Positions 21,814-32,980 of a stretch of 64,000 bases of DNA are shown here, piece by piece. Position numbers and translations under genes: made by a program. Source of the stretch: a virus (Duplodnaviria > Caudoviricetes); the IMG/VR virus record IMGVR_UViG_3300037067_015211, positions 32,001-96,000 of that record; one strand, written 5' to 3'. Position 1 is the stretch's first letter, and each line of letters opens with the position of its first letter. A model generated the notes under the pieces. It searched no databases, was not told the origin of the DNA, and was given only the letters and a program-made list of their open reading frames with translations.

Positions 21814-22911
21814 ATGCTAGTCCAAAACTTCATATTCGAACACGGAATAGAAAAACTAAAAGAACCACCCTACAACATCGAAATACGTGAGTACGACGAT
21901 AGAATCGTCCTCAACTACAGCCAAATCAATTCGCCTAAGCACGATCCTATCGTAAGAGAATGCCGCGCTCTTATTTTGAGCAAACCCGAATGCAAAGTAT
22001 TGGCAAGATCGTTTGACCGCTTCTTCAACTACGAGGAAGATCCAAACAGCAAACAATTTGCCCCCCATACTATCTTGGAAAAGATCGATGGTTCATTAAT
22101 TTCCGTCTATCATGATAGACGGCAATGGTGCGCGGCCACTAGATCGATGGCATTTGCAGAAGGACTAACCGCTAACGGCAACACCTTTTTGCAAGTATTT
22201 GAAAAGGCCATTGGGGGCAATGTAGACGAGACATTTACTATGTTGGATTTGGCTAAAAACAATACATATGTATTTGAGCTAGTCTCGCCTGAAACTCGTG
22301 TAGTAACGCCATATCCCGATTATGATGTTTATCTGTTGGCAGTACGCTGTAATTTAGATGGTGAAGAGTATAACTTGGCCAGCCTAGATGCCAATTATTC
22401 TCTCCGCAGATTTAAACAGCCAAAGAGATATAATGTGAATAGCATTGCCGATGTGGTTAAAATGGCCAAGGAACTACCGGCCATCAACGAGGGATATGTG
22501 TGTTTGAATGACAGGGGAACGGAACATACTTATTGGCGGGTAAAGGTCAAGAATCCTTCGTATCTGGCTATTTCACATATGAGAGCCAATGGTGTTTTGA
22601 GCCAAAAGAGAATTGCCTACTTGGTAGTACATGGAGATGAAGAGGAATATCTGTCCTATTTCCCCGAAGACCGCAAACATTTTGCATCCTATCAAACTGC
22701 TTTGCTTAAAGCCAAGGGGGATGTGGAGTCCCTTATGCAATATATGAGCATTGAGGACAAAAAGGAATTTGCGCTGAAGGTAAAGGATTCTCCTGTAGGA
22801 TTCATTATGTTTGGTCTTAGAAAGGGCTTGACGGAAGGGCAAATATTTGCTAATATGACTGATGATCGATGTTTGGAGTTTTTGGGCAAATATATTTGTG
22901 GGGAATCATGA
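21814..22911 (+). CDS. T4 Rnl1-like ATP-dependent RNA ligase
   Basis: ECRALI, RSFDRFFNY.E, motif I EKIDGS, FELV, EGYV, KVKN..Y. Confidence 0.88.
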   Translation: MLVQNFIFEHGIEKLKEPPYNIEIREYDDRIVLNYSQINSPKHDPIVRECRALILSKPECKVLARSFDRFFNYEEDPNSKQFAPHTILEKIDGSLISVYHDRRQWCAATRSMAFAEGLTANGNTFLQVFEKAIGGNVDETFTMLDLAKNNTYVFELVSPETRVVTPYPDYDVYLLAVRCNLDGEEYNLASLDANYSLRRFKQPKRYNVNSIADVVKMAKELPAINEGYVCLNDRGTEHTYWRVKVKNPSYLAISHMRANGVLSQKRIAYLVVHGDEEEYLSYFPEDRKHFASYQTALLKAKGDVESLMQYMSIEDKKEFALKVKDSPVGFIMFGLRKGLTEGQIFANMTDDRCLEFLGKYICGES

Positions 22912-23477
22912 ATAACATCAAAAAATTCGCCAAGCACACTAGGCAAATCGCCCAACTAGCGGGAAAATCTATCGATATGATGCCCGTATTCAGCGATTTG
23001 GCTAAATTCTCGAATTATGCCGTTTGTGGGGGTGTGGCGGTAGCCTTAAATGGTAGGATTCGGGCTACGGAAGACATAGATATCCTAATTGCCTCAGAAA
23101 CGGCCCTAGAAAGGCTTGCCCTGCAATACGCGGATAAGTTCAGGCAAATACGCCCACATGCCTTCCAACACCGCCAGACGGGCGTAGAAGTGGATGTACT
23201 GACCCCTGAACATATAAAGGTGCCCAATGGTATTGTGGAGTCCGCTATTGACTCTGCTGGATCAAATTATGGGATTAGAGTTGTAAACAAGACATATTTG
23301 ATTATACTCAAGATGTTTAGCGGTAGACGGCAAGATTACGTGGACGTAGTTTCTTTATTGGCGGATAAGTCTAATGCAGACATTGATTTTATCGAAGAAA
23401 CGATCCCTGCCGATAAGGTTGAGCTATTCAAGGAATTAGTAAAAGAGAGTGAAACAGCAGATGATTTGATGGGCTAA
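22908..23477 (+). CDS. Nucleotidyltransferase (DNA pol beta superfamily, DUF6036/AbiEii-like)
   Basis: VCGGVAV...RATEDIDILI...VDVL...LIILK...R.QD..D. Confidence 0.75.
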   Translation: MNNIKKFAKHTRQIAQLAGKSIDMMPVFSDLAKFSNYAVCGGVAVALNGRIRATEDIDILIASETALERLALQYADKFRQIRPHAFQHRQTGVEVDVLTPEHIKVPNGIVESAIDSAGSNYGIRVVNKTYLIILKMFSGRRQDYVDVVSLLADKSNADIDFIEETIPADKVELFKELVKESETADDLMG

Positions 23478-23480
23478 ATC

Positions 23481-24441
23481 ATGCTAGTAGATATTTCTCA
23501 AATTAAAGACCCCGACATTTTGGGCGAGATGTTTAGAGAGTTGTTTTTCGAACAGGATGAAAAAAACCTTGGTTGTTACAATAATTTTAAATTGAAACCA
23601 GATGTTAAAAATCTAGGCAAACAAAAAACAAAACAAGGTGAAGGAGTCGTGGCAAATCTTTTGCTCTCTGATAATACCAACGTAGAAATGTTCTACACTT
23701 GGGAAGGTGGAGATGGTTTTTTGATGTTCACTACAAATGAGTTTGTAGTTGGAAATTATGACTGTAAGAAAACATATGGATGGATGTTTTTATGAAAATC
23801 AGAACAGGATTTGTATCGAACAGTTCTACGGCGTCATTTATTTTGCGCAGAGACGCTTTAACCTCCGCATTACTCAATAGATTAAAAGAATTGGGCGATG
23901 ATTGGTATATAAAGTATGAGGACAGTTATACCTATGGCGGGACCATTATGGACAATGATGGAATAGTTAGAATTTTTAAGGAACATGGGCTAAAAGAATA
24001 CAGGGATTTTTATGTATCTGACCACTGCGAGTCAATTCCTGTGACGCAAGAAAATTTGGAAGAGTTTTTTGCGCCCGAGATAAACGCCAATAGAGATAAA
24101 GACTTCGACAAAGAAAAACTCTGCGAAGAGCATGCAATGAAGATGTTTGAAATGATTTTATTTTCTTAGGAATAATGATAAAAAAGACATGCTATATTAT
24201 TAATCGATGTGAAAAAAATATTTACGTAGATATAACGTCAAGTCTTTTGCGTCTACAAGAACAACATATGGTTGGCTTAGCAGACGAGGATAATGGTTTG
24301 ATGGGGATGGCCCCTGTGTACAGTGATTTGAACAAAGCATTTGAGAAATACGGCAAAGATATTAAGTGGACTACTGTGGTGATTGATGTGCCTGAGACAA
24401 AGCATCCCAAGAAGAAGAAAACCAACAAGAAAAGATTGTGA
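23481..24441 (+). CDS. Hypothetical proteins (23481-23795; 23792-24169 with MKIRTGFVSNSS N-terminus; 24175-24441)
   Basis: MKIRxGFVSNSSS is a recurrent phage N-terminal motif; a paralog lies at 31298-31591. Confidence 0.7.
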
Positions 24442-24448
24442 GTTGGAA

Positions 24449-25018
24449 ATGATATTGTACACAGTCCAAGACGAATCGGCATATAGATTCTTCGACGAAT
24501 TTGGCGTTCTCTACGCCAAACAACAGTATATCTTTATTACTGAATGCGTTAGATCATACGATTACATGCGGCAAAAGATGCGCGAAAGAATTGGTAAGCC
24601 CTTACACAAAGACGACTATCCTATCTGGGCGTCTCTTACCAAGCCTAATATGAGAGGCTATTTTTATCCCCACCGATCTTCCTACAGGATAACATTGGAT
24701 GTCGATGAGCGTAGAGTGTTGATTTCAGACAGACATGGTTGGAATGCAGTTTGGAACTTCCACCCTCCATATATATCTGGCAGAAAAATGGATAAATTTT
24801 TCAAGGAAATAGATGCCGACGATGGATTAAAAAAACTAGAACAGCTACACTGTTCAGGCGAGAATAAAAAACTGTATTTTCAACTTCTTAAAGAATACCA
24901 GTGGCTCCCCGATTCATGGGACAAAATATTTTGCAAGAAAGTAGCGGACGACGATAAACAAGCATGTCTTTGGTATATCACAAGAGACGATGTTAAAAAG
25001 GTGGAACATTTCAAATGA
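24449..25018 (+). CDS. DUF3841-like protein
   Basis: LYTVQ...SYDYM..KM..RIG....YPIWA...VLISD...W..V.N...W..IF...QACLW.I...V pattern. Confidence 0.65.
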   Translation: MILYTVQDESAYRFFDEFGVLYAKQQYIFITECVRSYDYMRQKMRERIGKPLHKDDYPIWASLTKPNMRGYFYPHRSSYRITLDVDERRVLISDRHGWNAVWNFHPPYISGRKMDKFFKEIDADDGLKKLEQLHCSGENKKLYFQLLKEYQWLPDSWDKIFCKKVADDDKQACLWYITRDDVKKVEHFK

Positions 25019-25413
25019 ACGAAAAAATTAAAATACCAGATGGATTTGACGTAGAAGGATGTCCTTTCTGTGGGTCAAGAAATATAGTATACACAAATGA
25101 ATCTGTCAAAACAACATTCAAATCACTTTATGGATTATCAAACTTTAGGTTGATTTGTGAAAACTGCGGAGCAAGTGGCCCTATATGCGAAACATTGATT
25201 GTAGCAGTTGAAATATGGAACGCCCAACAAGCATCACAACAAAAAACTATCGACGATCTAAAAAGCCACCTATACGAGATTGAAAACATCCTTGGAGAAG
25301 CCCTATATGGTAGGGACAAGGATAACATGCCGCGCTGGAAACCCGAGCCAGCGGCAATTACACTGGCAAAGGAGTTTGCGTGGCGACATAATAATAATGT
25401 TAAATCGGAGTAA
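25015..25413 (+). CDS. Lar-like (restriction alleviation) Zn-ribbon protein
   Basis: CPFCG...CENCGASGP......AVEIWN. Confidence 0.65.
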   Translation: MNEKIKIPDGFDVEGCPFCGSRNIVYTNESVKTTFKSLYGLSNFRLICENCGASGPICETLIVAVEIWNAQQASQQKTIDDLKSHLYEIENILGEALYGRDKDNMPRWKPEPAAITLAKEFAWRHNNNVKSE

Positions 25414-25416
25414 ACA

Positions 25417-27734
25417 ATGGAAATTAAAATAGAACTAACAGTCGAAGAAGAAGAGTTTTTGAAAGACCTTAAAAATCTTCCAAATAACTATCCAAAAATT
25501 GAAGTAAAGTCGTCCTTTCGAGACACAGATAGAGACATGTTTTCTAAAGCCGAAGATTCTATGGGCACTATTGCAAAAATCGATATGGGAAGCGTAATTG
25601 ACATTCCACTAAGAGCACTTGTAGTTTGTGGATGTTGTAAACAATGCAGAGAAAGATCATTGATGTATTCAAAAATTTTATCCAAACTCATTGCCGCTTT
25701 TTTCTTGGGAGATAGTAAGCAATGAACAAAAAAGAAAAGCGAGAAAGAGCCTTCCATATCAGACTATTGAAAAGGCACCCATGCTATGATTGTGGGAGAG
25801 AGATAGGCACACTCAATATCTATAACTACGCTCTTTGCGATGAGTGCATAGAAAAAAGATGTAGCAACACACAAGACACTTTCAATGTAAACAGAATTGC
25901 CAAGAGACTGGCTAAAAACTTCAAAATACCTTTTATTATGCTCCCCATATTAACAAACCACGTTGTTATGACCACAATGAACTTTCAGCATCACTCTTCA
26001 TATACGAACAACCAAATCACTGAAGACCTTATCTACAGCCTAGCATCTTGCTGTTTAAGAAAAAAGCACAAGAAAACCAATAAACAAATCATTGAACAAT
26101 TGAAATCATGGGGATTTTGCTATGAAAAATAAACCAGATCGTTTGACGATGGAAATTAACCTAATCGTGTACATCTTGGAATATATCGCGCCCTACGTGG
26201 ATATAACTACCCCACAGCAATTATTTGACAATCTAGCCGTTATACTCAAGACAAACAAAATTGAATTTGACCGATCCATATCGGGCATTATGGACGCCAT
26301 ATTTACAAAGATGCATCCGCAGCATTTATTTGACGAGTTGAAAAACAACCACAAAATCTGGCATTTCCTAACAAAAAACAAAATTACCCCCCAACATCTG
26401 AAGCTACTGGGGGATATGGCCGACGATGATACAATATTGAAATTTGACGATCATGTGTTATCCTATCCTGTTCACAATGAAGAGGATTATGACGCCGCAG
26501 TAGATTTTTTAATTTCTCAGGATTTTCCACAAAATTTAGCTTGACAAACCACGATCTAGCCATATACTTTTGGTAGTTGTGGAGGGAAGTAAAATGGAGT
26601 TTTTGATTGAGGGTAAGAAGGAACTTTGGCACTTCAGGGGAGCCGATGAGATTGAGATTGTTGGACTTATGATGGACGCGGCCCTTGGGTCCAAGGAAGA
26701 AAAATCATGGCTTCCTTGGAACCTTGTGTTTGACTCCATTGTCATTCTCAAGGCTGGACGCAATCATTTGGTGGAAGTATGATAAAAATCATTGTCGATT
26801 ATCTAACCAATCCCAAAGAGGGCGGAAGATACAAACTATATTTGCCCCAACAGTTTGGAGATACTATCTTTAACAACAAGGTCGGAGAATATATTGTATC
26901 TAAATTTTCTGACAATGTAGGAGAGTGGTTCGATAACTGGCAAAGGCCCATCAACTACTCTACCGATCATATTCCCCAAGAAGCAAAATATTTTGGCCGT
27001 AGGGGAAAGGGAATTAAAAGACTGACACTTATGGCCGATGAGACTAAGGTTGAACAGGCATTGAATAAGATAAAGGAGATGGTGCAATGATTTCGCAAAA
27101 CATAAAGGAATATATTTTAGAGCACCCCGAACTGCAAGATTATTTGGACGAGGACGATACGAGTGATGCCTTTTTTGTCGAAAAAGAAAAAGTGGCAAAA
27201 CAGTTGACTCCTGACGAAATTTTGACTATGATGGTATTGTTCAAAAATAGTTTTAGTTCATTTTTGACCGAGCTAAACGAAAAAGAAAAAGAAATTGAAG
27301 AACTGCTAGAACGATTGGAAGAAAGAGACGAAATGGAGGCTAATACTTGAATATTTCTATTATTGTGAAAGATGCGGCCACCAAAGAAGACATGGCGGAA
27401 ATCCTAAAACAAATTGCAGTAGAGGTTGAAGCGGGACAAAAACAAGGCGATAAAAAGGTCAACAATAGCACTTACAGGTATCGCGTTTATTCTTCAGCAT
27501 CCAATCTTGACAGCTATTGAAAGGCTAATAATGCACATGAGCGAACGTTGGGAAACGTGTTCGTATAGTATGGTAGTTTACGCCAAGGACGACGCCCCAG
27601 TGGGCGAGGAAGCAATAGACAAGGCCAGAGTAGTAGTTCCTATGTGTCGGCTCACAAGAAAATATACCAAGGACGGCCATGAATGCAACTGTTGCCTAGA
27701 CTATAATCCATTGCAATATGTTTTGGACAAGTAA
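25417..27734 (+). CDS. Hypothetical proteins (25417-25725, 25722-26132, 26122-26544, ~26594-26782, 26779-27090, 27087-27350, ~27347-27520, ~27530-27734)
   Basis: Overlapping operon-like arrangement. Confidence 0.6.
26541..26568 (+). promoter_or_regulatory. sigma70-type promoter TTGACA-N16-TATACT
   Basis: Followed by GGAGGG RBS. Confidence 0.7.
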
Positions 27735-27819
27735 ATATTTTGGGGAGGGGCGGCTGAGGCTCCACCGGGTTTCAGCCGATTTAAAATAAAAACGCATGGC
27801 AGTGCGTTCCTTAAAGATG

Positions 27820-27851
27820 CCGCAGCAAGATCAAACTTGTTGCGGTTTTTT
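27820..27851 (+). terminator. Rho-independent terminator at the convergence of + and - units
   Basis: CCGCAGCAAG-atcaaa-CTTGTTGCGG followed by T6. Confidence 0.8.
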
Positions 27852-27874
27852 ATTGGCTAAAATCACCACCACAA

Positions 27875-28180
27875 TCATTTTATTGTAAGTATTTTTATCC
27901 CGAGATCGGATGCTTTACTCGCACAGGCATTACAGGGCTTGATGGGCTTCAGGTCGCCGCTTACATTGGTACGACAGATTACAATAGATTTGAGTTTCTG
28001 GCCATACTTTGACATTAGGCGCATCTCAGCGTGGAGACCACCCCCGTATTTGCAGAAACGGGGTATATTGTGGCTATAGCCGATTATGTTGCCCTTACGG
28101 TCAAATCCAATTGCACTTACTTTATGCTTGCACGTAGACCGCTGGGCGACCTTGATAGCCAGTGGTATAAGGCTGGTCAT
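27875..28180 (-). CDS. Small zinc-dependent deaminase (CDA fold)
   Basis: HKVSA, HAE, KPCNAC motifs. Confidence 0.75.
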   Translation of the reverse strand: MTSLIPLAIKVAQRSTCKHKVSAIGFDRKGNIIGYSHNIPRFCKYGGGLHAEMRLMSKYGQKLKSIVICRTNVSGDLKPIKPCNACASKASDLGIKILTIK

Positions 28181-28443
28181 TTCTTTTTCTTTTCCACAAA
28201 CACTTTGCTCAGATCAATATCCATGCTCAAAGCATCTGCTAATCTAAGTAGATCAGAAAGCCTAAAATCTGCCGGTAGGTCATCAAGAAGCATGTCAAGA
28301 TGAGTTTCAAAAACACGCATCTTTTTGGCCAATTTCTTTCTACTTATATTTCTTCTGTTAAGTTCACTACAAACAAACTCTGTTATATCGAGAGTATGCC
28401 TATATAGGCGTCTTAAAAATTCTTCTCTAGTTTCCTTTTTCAT
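28177..28443 (-). CDS. XRE-like HTH protein
   Basis: ISRKKLAKKMRV...L.DLLRLADALSM; paralog at 42260-42505. Start chosen at MKKETR. Confidence 0.65.
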   Translation of the reverse strand: MKKETREEFLRRLYRHTLDITEFVCSELNRRNISRKKLAKKMRVFETHLDMLLDDLPADFRLSDLLRLADALSMDIDLSKVFVEKKKK

Positions 28444-28556
28444 GCTTGACCTTTTCCACAAACTCTTTGCATTTTCTCTTCCTGCCCCCCAGCTTAGACG
28501 CATTTTTGACTCCGCAAACTCCATCTACATAATGTTTGCAATGTTCACATGTAACT

Positions 28557-29009
28557 TCAGTCATTTGTGTATATCCTTATCGTAATGTGTTTAACGCCCC
28601 ATTCTAATGCTTCTTGATGAGTTGGGAATCTAACATCTATCTTATCGCCCTTAATGGCTCCCCCAACATCATCGGCTATTACAAGCATATCTTCATTATA
28701 GCCGGGAACAAAAAGTTTGCTACCTAATTTTATCTTTTTCTTGTCTACAGCCACTCCGGGCAGATATGCATCGGTCATAGTGGCCGTTTTCCCATCGGCG
28801 TATTCCCCACAGCACTTTTCGCACGGACAATAAGCAGTGGCCTTTACGTACATTTCGATGTATTGTGGTTTTTCTTCTTGGATATCTTCGGGGATTGTTT
28901 CTTCCACAACAACTTCCTCTCGATACAATGGTTTTAGTTCATCTTCATTTGGCTTGCGCATCACATACAAGCTAAATGTAACAATACAAATTACTGCCAC
29001 GTTGTTCAT
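28557..29009 (-). CDS. 3D-domain (MltA-like) cell-wall enzyme with N-terminal anchor
   Basis: ATAYCPC..CCG, TAT, VAVD, LGSKLFVPGY, ADDVGGAIKGDKIDV.F....A.EWG. Confidence 0.9.
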   Translation of the reverse strand: MNNVAVICIVTFSLYVMRKPNEDELKPLYREEVVVEETIPEDIQEEKPQYIEMYVKATAYCPCEKCCGEYADGKTATMTDAYLPGVAVDKKKIKLGSKLFVPGYNEDMLVIADDVGGAIKGDKIDVRFPTHQEALEWGVKHITIRIYTND

Positions 29010-29026
29010 ATTTTCCCCCCTTCAAT

Positions 29027-29743
29027 TTATTTTTTATGATTTAAATTTTGACAAAACTTCTTCTCCCATCCTTTTTCTTCAAAAAAACAAAATAATTTTT
29101 CTGGTATTCTTTTATGTTTTTTCAATTCTTTATTGTATATCCAAATAGTATTTTTTGTTGCCCTTGAAATATTCTGTCTTGATTTTTCAGATAAATTTTT
29201 TAAACCATAAATCATTTTTTTTCTTTTTTCTTCAGAAATTGTTATTTTCCTTCTTCTTTGTCCAACACTCATATTTTTTCTTGCTTCTAATGAAGTAATT
29301 TTATTTTGGTTTCCTTTACTTATGTTTCTTTTATGCTCTTCCGACAGTTTTCTTCCAGTATAAGTTGGTCCACCATCTCCGCCAATCGTCATATTTGTAA
29401 GTGGTCCTCGTTTTATTTCTGGTATTTTATATAGTGTCCCAATTTCACTTATTAACTTTTTTTCTAATTCTTTTGCTCTATTTTCGCCTATTCCTGTTTT
29501 TATTTTATAAACAATTGGCTTTAGCCCCCTGTTTAATATTGCTTTTATTTTGTTTTTCTTTATTCTATTTTTATCGCCCTTATACAGCTTCAAATGAAAA
29601 AATTTTCTGGCTTCTTTTTTTGAAACACCAATATAAATTGGCAAATTTTTGAATTCATGATTTATTGTATTTATTTTTAAATTTACTTTATGCCTTGGAT
29701 CACAATAAACATATATATAATAATCTCTTTTCATTAAAAGCAA
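29027..29743 (-). CDS. Free-standing GIY-YIG homing-endonuclease-like protein with NUMOD3-type repeat
   Basis: YIYVYCDPR...PIYIG...R...E..LI...LTNMTIGGDG, GRKLSEEHKRNIS; very low GC. Confidence 0.8.
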   Translation of the reverse strand: MLLMKRDYYIYVYCDPRHKVNLKINTINHEFKNLPIYIGVSKKEARKFFHLKLYKGDKNRIKKNKIKAILNRGLKPIVYKIKTGIGENRAKELEKKLISEIGTLYKIPEIKRGPLTNMTIGGDGGPTYTGRKLSEEHKRNISKGNQNKITSLEARKNMSVGQRRRKITISEEKRKKMIYGLKNLSEKSRQNISRATKNTIWIYNKELKKHKRIPEKLFCFFEEKGWEKKFCQNLNHKK

Positions 29744-29748
29744 AATCC

Positions 29749-30230
29749 TTAAATATCGTCATTATTAATATTGCACATTTTACACTGATCCCATAAAAAA
29801 CTAAAGCCAAAATTCCCAAATTTTTCATTTTTTATAACCAATTGATATCCCCCTTCGGCTATAATTTCTTTATCACCCATCCCCAAATAATCACACCATC
29901 CGTTTTCTTGCCCATCTCTTTCCTTTATACACCGCCAATATGGGCACATTATTATCTTATCATTTTCATCATAGGAATAACAATAAATTCCCTTTGGAAT
30001 TACACTTTCATCAAGCATCACACTTCCTCATCTAAATCTTCATTTATACCGCACATTTTACATTGCTCGAAAAGCAGGCTAAGACCTTCTTCCTTTTCAT
30101 CATCGGTGTCCAAATATTTGCAGCAGCCTATTAGGTCTCCATATTCATCTTTTCTGCTACTCCAATAGGGGCAAATATTTTGTTCATCGTGACAATAAAT
30201 ACCCTTTGGAATTACACTTTCATCAAGCAT
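29749..30230 (-). CDS. Tandem paralogous Cys-rich proteins (29749-30021, 30018-30230)
   Basis: Both start MLDESVIPKGIYC and share CPYW, C.YL and QCKMC.IN; 5' DNA is near-identical. Confidence 0.8.
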
Positions 30231-30708
30231 CGTACTTCCTCACAAAGATTATGTAGTTTGTTCCTAAGCCCTTCCAAAGCCTCATCGTGCATGACCGCCA
30301 GTCTGGCCTGTTTAAGAGCGGTCTTGGTATTGCCAAACAATTTGTTGTATCCAGCTTGTTCCACCAGTTGACAAATCCTTTTTTCTCTCGTTTTGATTTG
30401 CATGTCCAGATATCGAATGTCCAGCAGAATGTTTTTCATGATAATTCCCTCCTTCTACTGGATATTATCGGTACAATTATCGGACGGCTTTAAATAATAT
30501 CACAAAATCTTTTGCTCCTAATTCTAGGGGATTCTGCCGTGTGGAAAAAGTCTCCTGCATGACCGTCATTAAAATAAATTGTCTTAACCTTCTTGACCAC
30601 CTTCCCGCAGTTCTTGCACACTTCCACACCCATATAGCCTTTAGGCAAATTGATTGGAGATTCCGATTTGTGGACAAACTGATAAACCCCGTCACAGCAT
30701 TTCTTCAT
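30212..30708 (-). CDS. Hypothetical proteins (30212-30439, 30490-30708)
   Basis: RBS present, operon context. Confidence 0.55.
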
Positions 30709-31301
30709 TATTTTCCTTTCAAAATTTCGTCCATGTCATCATGCAAATAATTATAAACCATATCCCAATTTTTCACCCTGACAAGATTGTTGCCGTTTAC
30801 GCTCTGATTAAACGGCATGTCCCATACAAAACATTTGATGCCGTTGTTGGCGTAGTCCTTACACGTCTCGGGATGATCCTCTACGGCATATACGCATCCA
30901 AGGGCTTTGGCCACCTTGGCTTTCTCGGAACTATGTACGAACAAAATGTCCCCAAAAGCCAAATCCCAGTTACTAAGCCATGCAATAGTCTGGGCAGACG
31001 TATATCTGGGGCGACCTGTAATATAAGTAACTTCGGATGTGTAGCTTATTTTTTGTAGAAATTGTTGCACATCTTTTTCTGGATAAGGCCAGTACCAACC
31101 ATTTTCTTCGGTAAAGACTTCAAAGGCTTTTTTTAGCTGGGCGGCAGTGATTTGAATATTGGGGCTGGATATGTAATCGTAATGAGTAATGTCTTCCGGT
31201 TTGTTCTGCAAATTAAATTGCTCGTTGCAAAACGGAATAAAGGTATCGTTAAATCTAGCTACGGGACCATCGATGTCTATGGCTATTCGCATTGTTTTCA
31301 C
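30708..31301 (-). CDS. HAD-family 5'(3')-deoxyribonucleotidase-like protein
   Basis: IAIDIDG, ITGR, T..WL, K, VEDH, PFN. Confidence 0.85.
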   Translation of the reverse strand: MKTMRIAIDIDGPVARFNDTFIPFCNEQFNLQNKPEDITHYDYISSPNIQITAAQLKKAFEVFTEENGWYWPYPEKDVQQFLQKISYTSEVTYITGRPRYTSAQTIAWLSNWDLAFGDILFVHSSEKAKVAKALGCVYAVEDHPETCKDYANNGIKCFVWDMPFNQSVNGNNLVRVKNWDMVYNYLHDDMDEILKGK

Positions 31302-31872
31302 CCCATTCTTACCGAAAATACAGCATCTTCATTTTTTTTGATTAGCTCTTTCCACTTATCCAAAGCTTCTTCTTTTTTGTTGTCATACTCGTAATCTTCG
31401 TCGCGCCCAATTACCTCTCCATAATATTTTAAAATTTTTCCCAAAAACTTTTCCTCACCCGTCAACTCATTAATAATTTCTTGTTCTCGTTCAGTCATCT
31501 GGGAAAGAGCGGTTTCGTGGTTTTCTTTCGTGGTGGCGATAATGAAAGATGAAGAACTTGAATTGCTTACGAACCCCATTCTGATTTTCATTGAAACTCC
31601 TTCCTCAAAACTTCTAAAACTTTTTTACCGTGAATTGAAATATATTTTGCCAATTCTTCTGCGCAATCATAGCAAAGTTGCATGGTTTCTTTATTGTATT
31701 CGCCATCTATCAAATACCAATAGGATAACTTTCCGTCTGCCTGACCACAACCACCCCATACAAACGTTTCATCATTAGGGGTTTTAGACTCTTTGCCACA
31801 TAGATCACAAACATATTTGGTGCAAACTTCTTTGCTCACGACCACTTCTTTTATAGTTTCATATTTTTTCAC
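31298..31872 (-). CDS. MKIRMGFVSNSSSSSF-family protein (31298-31591) and Zn-ribbon protein (31588-31872)
   Basis: N-terminal motif; CDLC...CYDC. Confidence 0.7.
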
Positions 31873-31874
31873 GC

Positions 31875-32903
31875 CTAATCTCCCACATCAAACATCGGAC
31901 ATCTGCGTCCATTACTCAATAATTTCTGACGCCATTGTACGAGTCTATCCGAAAGCCAAATATCTGTCAAGAAATTCTCGCATTTTAAAACATCCATTCC
32001 AACCGCCCATTCTTTTTCCCCCTCACAGAAAGAACAGGGAAAGAATTCCCCCTTCCAGTTAATGTAGGCCGAAAATAGTCCAGATTCACATGGTTCGATC
32101 ATAGTGAGAAATTGTTCATATTGACCATGTTTTAATATCCACCGCTCAAACTTAGTTGACGAGCAGGAGTCAAACCCTATCTTGTCGGTAAACACATCGT
32201 TCAGGACGGCCTCAAATTTATCCTGTCTGACCACATGATATCCCACTCCCCTACCTTTAGGCTTTAGGCCAAGCAACACAATAGCATTCAGCTTTTCCAA
32301 CCTCTTATCTGTCTTGGCGTCTCGAAAGACCTCTCGTACAAATTCCTCTGTTTCTTCAGCCAGAAGTAGATGGATATTTGTCTGCTTTACCCCCAGATCG
32401 GTAAAAGTTTTTACCGTATTATATCCAGTATCCTTATCATTCGGATATACGCTAACCGCCAGACCGCCAATATATTTGGCTACCTTCTCGGCCATTTCTG
32501 GCTCCAAATCCTTGCCAGTCAAAGTAAAATTAGGCACTATTCCATTATCTCTTGTGTATTGGAGGATTTGGACAAACTGTCTGTTTGTTTTGACCCCAGT
32601 AATGCCTAGAGCGACCTGTGTGACAGTCTTGGGCATTTTGTATATAATATCCTTATATACGCCCAAAGTCATTACATCGGCCCTCTTGTAGTCCGCATTG
32701 CCCTTGTAGCAGTGGGGGCAATTATTTGGGCAATATCCAGCGGCAATCTCGATATCTAGGATTTCGGGTCCGTATGGGGAATAAACGGGATCTTCGTCTT
32801 CCGTTCTGCCCCATCTAGCAAAAGCCCCAGACATTTTGTGGAAAATGTAGTTGTAATCACTTGACCGCAAAATCTTTAGCCCATCTTTTTCGGTAATTTC
32901 CAT
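31875..32903 (-). CDS. Radical SAM protein with SPASM/twitch-like C-terminus
   Basis: CPNNCPHCYK; CESG...YINWKGEFFPCSFC...CP. Start moved to ATG 32903 behind a GGAG RBS. Confidence 0.88.
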   Translation of the reverse strand: MEITEKDGLKILRSSDYNYIFHKMSGAFARWGRTEDEDPVYSPYGPEILDIEIAAGYCPNNCPHCYKGNADYKRADVMTLGVYKDIIYKMPKTVTQVALGITGVKTNRQFVQILQYTRDNGIVPNFTLTGKDLEPEMAEKVAKYIGGLAVSVYPNDKDTGYNTVKTFTDLGVKQTNIHLLLAEETEEFVREVFRDAKTDKRLEKLNAIVLLGLKPKGRGVGYHVVRQDKFEAVLNDVFTDKIGFDSCSSTKFERWILKHGQYEQFLTMIEPCESGLFSAYINWKGEFFPCSFCEGEKEWAVGMDVLKCENFLTDIWLSDRLVQWRQKLLSNGRRCPMFDVGD

Positions 32904-32980
32904 GATAAACTCTCCTTCTATGCCTATACTGTATGCATAAACGGAGAAAAAGCAAGCGATATTTTTAAAAATTTTTGCTC

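Noticed and set aside
27748-27790. tmRNA 5' end
   Set aside because: Only a superficial GGGGC start; no tag ORF or T-arm/CCA 3' end was found.
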